From Spirochaetota bacterium (lineage in GTDB: Bacteria; Spirochaetota; JAHITG01; JAFGFC01): a stretch of 59,495 nt of DNA. Position numbers and translations under genes: made by a program. This document shows positions 1 to 10,000 of this stretch, one piece after another. The notes under the pieces were generated by a model. It had not been told where the DNA came from, ran no database searches, and was given only the letters and a program-made list of their open reading frames with translations. The first letter of the stretch is position 1; every line of letters starts with the position of its first letter. The stretch lies in the NCBI GenBank assembly GCA_016931325.1, contig JAFGFC010000090.1, positions 1-59,495 on the forward strand, read 5' to 3'.

Positions 1-66
1 AAATTTTATTATATTATTTTATATTGATTCCGAATAAATTATCGTGCTTCCTTAAGGCTGTATTTT

Positions 67-1347
67 ATGAACATTCCTTTACGAACAGATACGATCATAC
101 CACTTATTGTGGCACCCTACTGTCTCAGTCTCGGTATCACTGTTCTTTTTAGACTAAAGAACATTAAAGATAAAACGGAAAGCATCGTTTTCTTTCTCCT
201 CTGCGTTGCGGCGGCCGCCTGGTCGATAGGTCCTTTTATTAACAATTACTACCGGCCTTACGGCTGGCTCACAGCTGTTTTTATCACCAATATCGCTATC
301 CTCTATACGCTTCTCATCACCGATTGGAATCTGGTTAAAATCTTTCTCCCTTTAACTTTCATAAGCACTTTTAGCATCACTTTCTTTTTAATACGAGGGG
401 ACTGGAAAGATCCCTCATTCAACAATATATTTGCTCTTTTAATTTTTCCCCTCCTGATCTTCATGAACAGTATCGTTTATTCCTTCTATTTCAAACACAG
501 AACGAAATTCCATTTAAGCATCGCTATTATGGCCACGTTCATGATCCTGGGGGGTTTTTATGATACCTTTAAGAGTATCAAGAACTGGCCTGAAATCCCG
601 GCCGCTACCGTCGCCTGCTTTGGTTTTGTCATCGTAATCGGGTATCATCTTTTTGCCAGAGGGTATCTCCAGACCCAGGGTTGGCGGGATTATGCCAAAG
701 AACTGGAACAAAAAGAAAAATTATTAAAAGAAAAATTCCAGATCCTTCATAAAGCCAACATTGATTCTGTTATTGTCCTTTCGCAGACCATCGAAGCCAA
801 AGACCCCTATACGAGAGGTCACTGTCTGAGGGTACGGGAATTCGCCAAAGCCCTCGGCCAGGAATTCGGTTTTGACAAAGAAAGGCTTTTACTTCTTGAA
901 CTGGGGGCGCTATTGCATGACATCGGTAAGATCGGGATTCCGGGTGCTATCCTCAATAAAAACGGGAAACTGACAAAAGAAGAATTTGATGAAATAAAAA
1001 AACATCCTGATATCGGGGCTAATATCCTGAAACAAGTGGAATTTTTCAAGCCCATCATCCCCATGATAAGACATCATCATGAATTTTATAACGGGAAGGG
1101 ATATCCGGCGGGTCTGGATGATAATAAAATACCCCTGGAGGCCAGGATCATGGCTGTCGGAGATGCTTTTGACGCCATGACCAGTGACCGTCCCTATAGA
1201 AAGGCCTTTAGTATTTCCAAAGCCCTTTCTATAGTGAAAGAGGTTTCCGGATCACAGCTCGACCCTGAAATAGTCAAGATCTTTATCTCGAAAAAGATCT
1301 ACAGGCTTAAAACCAGAGTTACTCAAAAATTGAGTTTTGATTTCTAA
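67..1347 (+). CDS. Membrane-anchored HD-GYP domain phosphohydrolase (probable c-di-GMP phosphodiesterase)
   Basis: About 6-7 hydrophobic helices in the N-terminal 200 aa, then EAKDPYTRGHCLRV, LLHDIGKIGIP, HHEFYNGKGYP and DAFDAMTSDRPYR motifs. Confidence 0.9.
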   Translation: MNIPLRTDTIIPLIVAPYCLSLGITVLFRLKNIKDKTESIVFFLLCVAAAAWSIGPFINNYYRPYGWLTAVFITNIAILYTLLITDWNLVKIFLPLTFISTFSITFFLIRGDWKDPSFNNIFALLIFPLLIFMNSIVYSFYFKHRTKFHLSIAIMATFMILGGFYDTFKSIKNWPEIPAATVACFGFVIVIGYHLFARGYLQTQGWRDYAKELEQKEKLLKEKFQILHKANIDSVIVLSQTIEAKDPYTRGHCLRVREFAKALGQEFGFDKERLLLLELGALLHDIGKIGIPGAILNKNGKLTKEEFDEIKKHPDIGANILKQVEFFKPIIPMIRHHHEFYNGKGYPAGLDDNKIPLEARIMAVGDAFDAMTSDRPYRKAFSISKALSIVKEVSGSQLDPEIVKIFISKKIYRLKTRVTQKLSFDF

Positions 1348-1356
1348 GGATAAATT

Positions 1357-1836
1357 ATGGAATATGTGTTGATCACACTGGGTGTTATTTCAGCCCTGGC
1401 CGGGCTGGCCGGCTGTATCATACCGGCTCTCCCTGGCCCCCCACTCAGCTTCCTGAGCCTGATGCTGTTACATTTTGCCAGGGATAGGATATTCTCTGCC
1501 GCCACCCTTGTGATTTTTGGAATCCTTACCCTGATCGTTACTGTTCTGGATTACCTTTTACCGGCTTTAAGCGCAAAGTGGTATGGGGTCTCCTCTTATG
1601 GGATATGGGGTTCACTCATAGGGATGGTCCTGGGAATACTGTTTTTACCGCCTGTCGGCATGGTGATAGGTATTTTTCTTGGCGCGACCATCGGTGAACT
1701 GGCTGCCGGCAAGGAGAAATCTCAAGCCCTTAAGGCAGGTTTTATCACGTTCATGGGCAATGTTGCCGGAATGGCCGTTAAACTTTCCCTGTCAATCGTG
1801 ATGACATTTTATTTTATTCTTTATCTTTTTAAATGA
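1357..1836 (+). CDS. DUF456 (YqgC-like) membrane protein
   Basis: GLAGCIIPALPGPPL and GIFLGATIGEL motifs; Gly-rich and hydrophobic throughout; AAGGA SD upstream. Confidence 0.8.
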   Translation: MEYVLITLGVISALAGLAGCIIPALPGPPLSFLSLMLLHFARDRIFSAATLVIFGILTLIVTVLDYLLPALSAKWYGVSSYGIWGSLIGMVLGILFLPPVGMVIGIFLGATIGELAAGKEKSQALKAGFITFMGNVAGMAVKLSLSIVMTFYFILYLFK

Positions 1837-2441
1837 TCATGAATATACAATTATTCCTTTTTGATTATGGCGGTGTTATTGCTCCGGAGGGATTTCAGCT
1901 GGGCATTTTGAAACTTTCAGAAATGTTCTCTAAAAGCTATAAAAAAATGTATGATATCGCGGCCAGAGAAGCGGCTTTTGAAAGCGGTTACAGCGCCGGG
2001 AAGAGGAATGAAGAATATTACTGGAACCTGATCGCTAAACGTCTGGAACTGGACAGAGACCTTTATCCTCTGCGTTACCTCTATCTCGATAATTTTCAAC
2101 CACGGAGTGAAATGATCCAGATCATCCAGAATCTTTCCCGACGTCACCGGCTGGGGATTTTTTCTGATCAGACCAACTGGATATTTGAACTTAATCAAAA
2201 GTATGATTTCTTCAAATATTTTCAACACAAGTTCATTTCCTACGACAGGGGATACACAAAGCGTGATGAAGAGTTCTATAAACTGCCGCTTGAAGAAACA
2301 AAACTGACTGCCGACAGGATACTCATTATTGACGATAAAAAAAGAGTTTTGAATATGGCTTCAAAATTGGGTTTTCAGACCTATCACTTTACCTCGATCA
2401 ATTCTTTTAGAGAATTTATCACTGATCTGACCGAGCAATGA
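1833..2441 (+). CDS. HAD-superfamily hydrolase
   Basis: Motif I FLFDYGGVI, GIFSD, motif IV IIDDK; start overlaps the upstream stop (ATGA). Confidence 0.8.
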   Translation: MIMNIQLFLFDYGGVIAPEGFQLGILKLSEMFSKSYKKMYDIAAREAAFESGYSAGKRNEEYYWNLIAKRLELDRDLYPLRYLYLDNFQPRSEMIQIIQNLSRRHRLGIFSDQTNWIFELNQKYDFFKYFQHKFISYDRGYTKRDEEFYKLPLEETKLTADRILIIDDKKRVLNMASKLGFQTYHFTSINSFREFITDLTEQ

Positions 2442-2460
2442 TCCTTTCAGGAGGTTATGT

Positions 2461-2850
2461 ATGGCAAAGAAAAGGTATAGAAAAGGCGATATTATCATAA
2501 AAGAAGGCACTTTCGGCAAAGAGATGTACGTGATCATTTCCGGCAAAGCCAGGGTCTTTAAAACTATTGATAAAAAAAAGTTCGAACTGTCTGAACTCGG
2601 GCCGGATGATTTCTTTGGAGAGATGAGCCTTTTTTTAAGCCTGCCCCGAACTGCCACAGTCCAGGCCATGGGACCCACAGAGGTTCTTGTCTGTGAAAAA
2701 GATGAATTCATCAGCGTGGTAAAGGCTGACCCGGAACTGGCCCAGCAGATCATATCGACCATGGCTAAGAGGCTGCACGAAGCTCATAATGTTATTATTC
2801 GCGTTGAAGGGGAGAAGAAAAGTTTAAAGATCATGCATGGCATAAAATAA
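2461..2850 (+). CDS. Stand-alone cyclic nucleotide-binding domain protein
   Basis: IIIKEG, MYVIISG, FFGEMSLF..PRTATVQA phosphate-binding cassette; no HTH; AGGAGG SD. Confidence 0.85.
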   Translation: MAKKRYRKGDIIIKEGTFGKEMYVIISGKARVFKTIDKKKFELSELGPDDFFGEMSLFLSLPRTATVQAMGPTEVLVCEKDEFISVVKADPELAQQIISTMAKRLHEAHNVIIRVEGEKKSLKIMHGIK

Positions 2851-2862
2851 TCCAATCCCGTG

Positions 2863-4638
2863 TCAGACGCGGATATCCCACCCTATCAGCCATTCTCTCG
2901 GCGGTTGTTTGATCCCCTTTATCTCTTCATAATCCCGGTCAAAGCAATTTTTTATCTTGAAACCGATAGATGAATTTTGCCAGACATCTCTTTTCATGAA
3001 CAGGTTGGTTAAAAAATAATCTCCTGCTTTTCGGGTCTTGAGCGTTCCATTAATGCTGGTTGAAATTTCGAAAGGCAGGATGAATTGCCATGTGAAGGAT
3101 AGAAGGTTGCGGGTATAATTCAATCCATATTTTGAAACATAATCGGTCGTGGTTCGGGCGTAGACATAAGAGTCCCGCAGAATGATCTTCATGCGATCCA
3201 TAAAATAATAAACGAATTCCGATTCCCATCCGTAAAAATCAATATAATTAATGTTTTCAGCCTGCCATTGATCCTTCCGCCACACCCAATCGATCAGGTT
3301 ATATTCGTGCCTGTAAAAAAAGGTCTGCCTTACGATAAACCTTTTTTTATACCAGTCCGCCCCTGCCTCATAAGACATGTTCCTCTCGGCCTGTAAATTC
3401 TCATTGCCCTTATTCACGCTTGATTGGTAGTAAAGATCAGTAAAGGTGGGCATTCTATAAGAATAACCGGCCGCGCTTCTTAATTTGAGATTCTTCCCGG
3501 GCTCATAATAAACACCCAGAGAAGGGGAATAATAGGATCGAGAGCCGGGATAGGCGTCCCCCCTCAGCGACACATTCATTCCCCACTTTTTTCTCTTATA
3601 TAAAATCTCGGTCCCCAGAGCATAATTATCTCTTCTATGCCTGTGAAGTGAAGAGCTGTCAATCCTTTCGTAATGACCACCCAGGACAAAAGAGATATCG
3701 AGATTTTGAAAGAGAGGCAATCCGAATGTAGACTGGATACCGTATTGCTTCACATTATGTATATTACGCGAAAAAGAAGGGTCTTCTTTATCCAGGATAA
3801 AATCATCAAAGGCATCATGATAATAAAGCCGGGTATCATGATACAGTGATTTGATATTTTTTTTAACATAAAATGAGAAGAATTGATCTTCTGTTCTCTC
3901 CCTGGAGGGATAATTTAATCCCGGTGTGTAAAAATCAAAGGCTCCAAAATCTTTGATTCCCCATCCATAACTCAGATGAGCGTATTCTTCCTTATTAAAA
4001 TAATATAACGATGAGACACGGCCTGTGACAATATCAAAATCCGTATCATAGCGAAACCCGTCTGATCTTTGTCTGGACAGATTGACCATAAGACCGTAAT
4101 CACCGGGAGTGCGCGAAGCCCCGGCTGAAATATTCTGACTGTTGAAACTTCCGTATCCACAGGAAAAATGAAGGTTCCTGTCGTTATTTTTTTTAGTAAT
4201 AAGGTTAATGGTACCGCCGAATCCCCCACTCCCGTACAGGGAAGAACTATGGCCCGGCATGACCTCTATCCTTTCGATATCATCCAGGGTCAACGGAATA
4301 TTTAAATTATGGTGTCCGGTTTGAGGATTATTAAAAACAACGCCGTCGATTAACACAAGGGACTGCTCAAAGCTGCTCCCCCGTATGGATATATCCGACT
4401 GAACCGCCTGATGACGGGACATAACATCAACAAGGCCAAAATGGTCAAGGGCCTCTTCGACGCTCTCATAACCATTTTTATGAATATCTTCTTTTGTCAG
4501 TATTATAACATTTCTTGTCGTGAGATGTTTCTCTTCCGGCGAGAGCGTATCGCTGACAATGATATCTTCCAGAGACAGAGTATCGGCATAAACGCTCAAC
4601 GAAACAGAGAGCAAACAAATAAATAAAAAAGCCCGCAT
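2863..4638 (-). CDS. TonB-dependent outer-membrane receptor (BtuB-like size, ligand unknown)
   Basis: Signal peptide; plug motifs SIRGS, VLIDGV, IERIEVMPGHSSSLYGSGGFGGTINLIT; barrel motifs YRMPTFTDLYY, LQAE, KNCFDRDY. Confidence 0.88.
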   Translation of the reverse strand: MRAFLFICLLSVSLSVYADTLSLEDIIVSDTLSPEEKHLTTRNVIILTKEDIHKNGYESVEEALDHFGLVDVMSRHQAVQSDISIRGSSFEQSLVLIDGVVFNNPQTGHHNLNIPLTLDDIERIEVMPGHSSSLYGSGGFGGTINLITKKNNDRNLHFSCGYGSFNSQNISAGASRTPGDYGLMVNLSRQRSDGFRYDTDFDIVTGRVSSLYYFNKEEYAHLSYGWGIKDFGAFDFYTPGLNYPSRERTEDQFFSFYVKKNIKSLYHDTRLYYHDAFDDFILDKEDPSFSRNIHNVKQYGIQSTFGLPLFQNLDISFVLGGHYERIDSSSLHRHRRDNYALGTEILYKRKKWGMNVSLRGDAYPGSRSYYSPSLGVYYEPGKNLKLRSAAGYSYRMPTFTDLYYQSSVNKGNENLQAERNMSYEAGADWYKKRFIVRQTFFYRHEYNLIDWVWRKDQWQAENINYIDFYGWESEFVYYFMDRMKIILRDSYVYARTTTDYVSKYGLNYTRNLLSFTWQFILPFEISTSINGTLKTRKAGDYFLTNLFMKRDVWQNSSIGFKIKNCFDRDYEEIKGIKQPPREWLIGWDIRV

Positions 4639-4647
4639 CAGGAATTT

Positions 4648-4675
4648 AATCTAACATCCTGATTTTAATTGTCAA
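4648..4675 (-). promoter_or_regulatory. sigma70-type promoter of the TonB receptor gene
   Basis: Minus strand TTGACA-16nt-TAGATT with TG extension, 9 nt from the ATG. Confidence 0.55.
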
Positions 4676-4690
4676 ACAGAGTTTTTCGAC

Positions 4691-4718
4691 TTGATTTCAA
4701 GATCAGATCCATTAATTT
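4691..4718 (+). promoter_or_regulatory. sigma70-type promoter of pabB
   Basis: TTGATT-16nt-TAATTT, 6 nt before ATG 4725, no SD. Confidence 0.45.
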
Positions 4719-4724
4719 ACATCC

Positions 4725-6536
4725 ATGAAAGAAGTAGAAAATTATTTTTCATGTTTTGAGACCAATAAAATCGACAGAGATAATTTTCTTTCCTATTATT
4801 TTAAAAATCCCGTTCAAATCCTTACAATTGAAAAAAAAGATCAGGTGAGTGATTTCTTTTCAAAGCTGGAAAAATTAGCCCGCGATCACTTTATCTTCTG
4901 TTTTTTCAGTTATGAACTGGGGTATTTATTTGAGAATAGATTCAAATACAAAAAATTAAATTCCTTTCCCTATGCCGTGGCCTGTGTTTATGGCAAGGCC
5001 TGTATTTACGATCATTTAAAGGACCGATTTATACAGGACAGCCTTGCTCTCCCGCAAAAACAGGAATACAGTATAAAGAACCTGAGGTTGAATACGAATG
5101 AATCAGAATACAGGGCGGCCATCCATCAAATAAAGCATTATATCCGTCAGGGAGATATCTATCAGGCCAACTACACGATCAAATATAAATTTGATTTTTT
5201 CGGTTCGCCTTTCGGATTATACCTTGATCTGAAAAATAAACAGAAAGTGGCTTTTAATGTTTTTGCCCGTCTGGGTGATTATCATATCCTTTCCATCTCT
5301 CCTGAACTGTTCTTTCGGAAGAACAAGGACAGTCTCCGTGTCAAACCCATGAAGGGGACCATGAAACGGGGCATGAATTGTGAAGAAGATGATAATAATC
5401 GGCTCTTTCTCTCGCAGGACAAGAAAAATCAAAGCGAGAATCTGATGATCGTGGACCTTTTAAGAAATGATCTGGGCAAAATATCCTGTTTTAAGACAGT
5501 ACAGGTAAAAGACCTGTTTCAAATAGAACAATTTAATACACTTTTTCAGATGACTTCAACCATACAGAGCCGGCTGTATCCCGGAATATCTCCTTGCCGG
5601 TTATTACAAAGCCTCTTTCCTTCCGGTTCAGTAACAGGGGCACCTAAAATACGCAGTATGGAGATCATTCAAGAGATGGAAAAAGAAGGAAGAGGTATCT
5701 ATACCGGCGCTTTGGGATTTTTTGAGCCCGGGGGAAAGGCCCTGTTCAATGTCGCCATCAGGACTATTGTGATCCATGACAATAAAGGCGAGATGGGGAT
5801 AGGCGGAGGGATCGTTCATGACTCTGTCCCGGAGGAAGAATTTCAGGAGTGCAAACTCAAGGCCAAATTCCTGATCGATAAAGCCTTATCTTTTGAATTG
5901 ATCGAGACATTATTATTCGATAAACATTATAAATACCTTGATCTTCATTTCAAAAGACTGAAACAGTCAGCCGGATATTTTGATTTGAAATATTCGCCTT
6001 CTTCTTTGCTGAAAGAATTGAACAGGATCCGCCCTGTTTTAAAAAATGGAAAATACAAAATAAGGATCTTGCTGTATCGGTCCGGAAATTTTAATATCCA
6101 GTATAGCAGGATAAAGGATGCTTTCCATGATCATCGAATCACGATCTCATCTAAAAGAACAGATCCTGCTGATATCTATCTTTATCACAAAACAACAAAC
6201 CGTGAATTATACGACAGCGAGAATAGAAAAGCAAAAAAATCCGGTTATTTTGACGCGATCTTTTTTAATGACAGAGAAGAATTGACAGAAGGAGCGATCT
6301 GCAATGTCTATATGAAAAAAGACGGGGTCTATTACACTCCCCCTGTAAAGTGTGGTTTACTGAACGGTATTATACGCCAGGTCATGTTAAAAAAACACGC
6401 TATCCGTGAAAGGATCATTACCCGGCAGGAGTTTGAAAAATCTGATTCGATCTATATATCAAATTCGATCATTGGTTTTAAGAAAGCCCGACTGGAAAAT
6501 AAATTGCCAAACCCCTCTCCAATATTATATTCATAA
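4725..6536 (+). CDS. pabB: Aminodeoxychorismate synthase component I fused to an ADC-lyase (aminotransferase class IV) domain
   Basis: GDIYQAN, SISPELFF, PMKGT, ENLMIVDLLRNDLG, FPSGSVTGAPK, NVAIRT, GGGIV; C-terminal LIETL, HKTTNR, EGAICN, GLLNGIIR (PabC-like). Confidence 0.92.
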   Translation: MKEVENYFSCFETNKIDRDNFLSYYFKNPVQILTIEKKDQVSDFFSKLEKLARDHFIFCFFSYELGYLFENRFKYKKLNSFPYAVACVYGKACIYDHLKDRFIQDSLALPQKQEYSIKNLRLNTNESEYRAAIHQIKHYIRQGDIYQANYTIKYKFDFFGSPFGLYLDLKNKQKVAFNVFARLGDYHILSISPELFFRKNKDSLRVKPMKGTMKRGMNCEEDDNNRLFLSQDKKNQSENLMIVDLLRNDLGKISCFKTVQVKDLFQIEQFNTLFQMTSTIQSRLYPGISPCRLLQSLFPSGSVTGAPKIRSMEIIQEMEKEGRGIYTGALGFFEPGGKALFNVAIRTIVIHDNKGEMGIGGGIVHDSVPEEEFQECKLKAKFLIDKALSFELIETLLFDKHYKYLDLHFKRLKQSAGYFDLKYSPSSLLKELNRIRPVLKNGKYKIRILLYRSGNFNIQYSRIKDAFHDHRITISSKRTDPADIYLYHKTTNRELYDSENRKAKKSGYFDAIFFNDREELTEGAICNVYMKKDGVYYTPPVKCGLLNGIIRQVMLKKHAIRERIITRQEFEKSDSIYISNSIIGFKKARLENKLPNPSPILYS

Positions 6537-6537
6537 C

Positions 6538-6882
6538 ATGAAAACTATCCTGTTGGATTTCAATGATCTGAAACTAAAAGCCCGGCTTTTTAACACAGAA
6601 ATAGCGAAAAAGTTCTACGAAAATCTACCCTATCATGTAAAGCTGATTTCCTGGGGAGAAGAGTTATACGGTCCTATCGGGCATGATCTGGGCCAGGAAA
6701 ATCCTGTCCCGGTCATCCCTCCGGGCGGTATCGCTTACTCCAGGCAGGGCACTTATATCTGTATCTTCTTTGGCCAGACGCCCGCATGGCCTGTTGACCA
6801 TATAGGGAACATCACGGGTGATGGCTGGAAAAAATTGACCGGGAAAAATATTCCCAGCGTCATAATCTCTAAAAAAGAATAA
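6538..6882 (+). CDS. Cyclophilin-like fold protein (TM1367/DUF369-like)
   Basis: AKKFYENLP, WGEELY, GGIAY, ICIFFGQTP, PVDHIG; start moved to ATG 6538 right after the pabB stop. Confidence 0.7.
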   Translation: MKTILLDFNDLKLKARLFNTEIAKKFYENLPYHVKLISWGEELYGPIGHDLGQENPVPVIPPGGIAYSRQGTYICIFFGQTPAWPVDHIGNITGDGWKKLTGKNIPSVIISKKE

Positions 6883-6938
6883 ATCTTTTTTCTTATTTAC
6901 CGCTATACCTCATCATAGCCTTTTATCAATAAAAACCT

Positions 6939-6975
6939 TTCCTCATTTTTATCCTCCGGTGTATAATCTATAAAA
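6939..6975 (+). promoter_or_regulatory. Conserved promoter-like element copy 1 (TTCCT-N10-CTCCGGTGTATAATCTATAAAA)
   Basis: 6954-6975 is identical to 23585-23606, with TTCCT at the same distance upstream in both. Confidence 0.7.
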
Positions 6976-7002
6976 TGGCAGAGATACAAAAGGGGGTAAA
7001 AA

Positions 7003-10000
7003 ATGAAAGGGAAAGCCGTATTGATTTTTATATTTTTTTTCTGTTTTAGCACAGTATCGTTTGCTTTCGATTATATCACGAATAAAAATTTTATTGCCTA
7101 TACACCCATCCCTCAACCGGCCAAAGAAGTCGCTGTCACTGATCCTGATTTCAATACAACATTCTATCGCGTTTCGGACGCCAACCTTGACGGAGTGGGA
7201 GACAGGATGGCCATGGTCGTTTACAGCCGATGGTCCCCTCTCTCCTCAGGGCAGGATTATCTATATCTTCAAAGGGCCGTGGGAAATCCGGATGCCTTGA
7301 TCTATTCCGCTCAGGATCATTCCCTGATCAAGATCCTCCCGGAATATATCACGATCGACGGTGTTCCCAACCAGTTCTTTATCTCCATGGAAAGCGCGGA
7401 GATCAGATGGGATTATACGGGGGATCATCCTCACCGGTTCTATTATGTGAGCGGTATGAAATTCTATCAGTATGACGTCCTATCCGATACCGCTCATCTG
7501 ATCCACGATTTCTCCAATGAGTTCCCCACGGCCGTCAAGATCCACAATGATGTTGAAGGTGATTCTTCCTCTGATTCGCGGTACTGGGTCTGGATGGTAA
7601 AAGGCCCTTATAACGGCAGTCACTTCCCTCTTCTGGCTATTATTACATATGATAAGGAAACAGACCAGATCCTGGGCGTGATGGATCTGGCCAAATACCA
7701 GGCCAATGGTGGACATTACAGTTCCCTGCCTACACCTAATATGGTCGATATTTCCCCCTCCGGCAGAAAAGTGGTCTGTTTGTGGGGAAGATGCTGGGGT
7801 GATGCGGCCTATGGCGAACGATATCTTGATATCGGGACTGTTTTCGATGGACCGCATGCCTGGGACCTTGATTTTACAGGGCCTGTCAAAGTGAGTATTG
7901 ACGAGACCCATTCAGGCTGGGCCTGGGGGTATGACGGAAGCGAATTATTCGTTTCCCAGAACAACAGGCAGGACTGGATCGAAGCCCGGAACATTGATAC
8001 AGGTGAAATTATTCAGATCTTGCAGCATGGCGATCTGGGCTGGGGTAATGGCTTTCATTTTGCCAGAATGCCCCAAAGTAAGCCCGGTTGGGTTTTGATG
8101 TCCACCTATAAATCAGGAGCCAATTCTGACTGGGGTGATAATCAGCTCCTTATGCTTGAAATAAAACCCGCGGCTGAAAATCCCAAGGTCTGGCGCCTGG
8201 GACATACACATAATAATTATGATGAATACTATGCGGAAGGTTTTGCAGCCATGTCCCAATACGGGGATAAACTATGGTGGGGAGCCAAATGGCCGGGTCA
8301 GAACAATATTGAAGCCTATGAAATGGTTTTACCCCCCACCTGGTGGGAAGATCTGTCAGGGGGGCTCGTGCCTGCGCTCTATTCTCCTGTTGATATAACG
8401 ATAAATACAAACCGCCCTTCTTTTTACTGGTCTGATGAATCAGACAGAGGAGCCACAAAATACTGGATACAATTATCAGAAAGCTCTGATTTTAGCTCTG
8501 TAATAATAAATAATACAAATATCGTTGTGACCAATTTTTCTGCCAGTATCATACTCTCTGATAATACGTATTATTGGCGTGTCCAGGCCATGGCTTCCAA
8601 TACGTGGCGGGGATGGTCCGCCATCAGGCAATTCAACATCAATACCGGTTCGATTCCACCGGATTCTGCGCCGGTGATCTTTTATTCTGACCTGGAAAAT
8701 GGCCCCAGCACAGGGGGCGAGGACAATAAAGGAGCGTTTGTAACGATCTTTGGGAAAAACTTTGGCCCATCACGCGGCTCATCGTATATTACGGTCGGGG
8801 GTGGACAGGTCGACAACTACCGCGTCTGGACGGATACAAAAGTCAGCTTTCAACTGGGGAACGCGGCTTCCAGCGGTGATATCATTATTTTTACATCTCA
8901 GGGCAATTCAAATCCTGTTCCCTTTACCATTAGAAGCTGTGATATTTATTTTGTTGCCACTAACGGGAATGACGGGGGAGATGGTTCTTTTCCCAATCCC
9001 TGGCGACATTTATCGCATGCCCGTTCGGTGATGAGTGGAGGTGACATTCTCTACATTAAAGGAGGCACTTGGACAACTGCCGGAGAGAATTCCAGCGGTA
9101 AACTCTTTTATGTCAGCGGTTCTTACCCCTGGGGAGGAAATGGATCTGATGGGAATCCTCACTGTTTAGTAGGTTATCCCGGTGAAGAAATAATTCTTCA
9201 GGCGAATTCTGATGGGGAAAGTATTATTAATTATGTTGGTTCTGATGATCAGTGCGCAATCAATTCTCATATTGTATTTGCCAACTTTACTGTTGATTGT
9301 AATCAATATGAATCCGGTATTGGATGGCGTGGACGCCGGAATGACGCCAGCCCCACTTATAGAGTAAGGGATATCCGTTTTGTTAATATTGAAGTAAAAG
9401 ATTATCTAAATACTGGTCATATGGGCGGAACAGCCCTTATTGAATTTGGAGCTGACGGACCTCTTGATGATGTAAAAGTATTAGGCTGCAAAGTTCATGA
9501 CATGGATTCCAGCAGCCGTCTGGACCACGGGATATATGTAGCGGCCGGCGGTAATAATTATGAGATCGCCTGGAATACGGTTCATAATATAAAAAGAGTT
9601 GTCTCTGCCGGAGGAGACGGCAATGCCGGCTTTGGCATTCAGACCTATCGCGGAAGCTCCAGTCATTATGCTGATCTGAATAATCTTAAACTCCATGATA
9701 ACCTTGTCTATGAATGCCCTTCGCGTGGAGGGATCAACCTCTCGGACTATACCAAAGATTCACAGATTTATAACAATATCGTATATAACTGCGGTTATGA
9801 CGGGAACGAAGAAGGTTATGGGCTCCGCATCTCTGTTGATGCCGGTGCTCCGGGAACAGGCACACATTATATTTATAACAATACATTTTATAACTGCGGC
9901 GAAGCGAATTCCGCGAATGACTCATCCATTATAGGATTCTTTACCGGAGATGCTCAACACGTCTATTTAAGAAATAATATTTTTCATGCGGTGGCCAATC

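Noticed and set aside
4639-4724. Cobalamin riboswitch before the TonB receptor
   Set aside because: The intergenic region is 86 bp, filled by two promoters, with no B12-box
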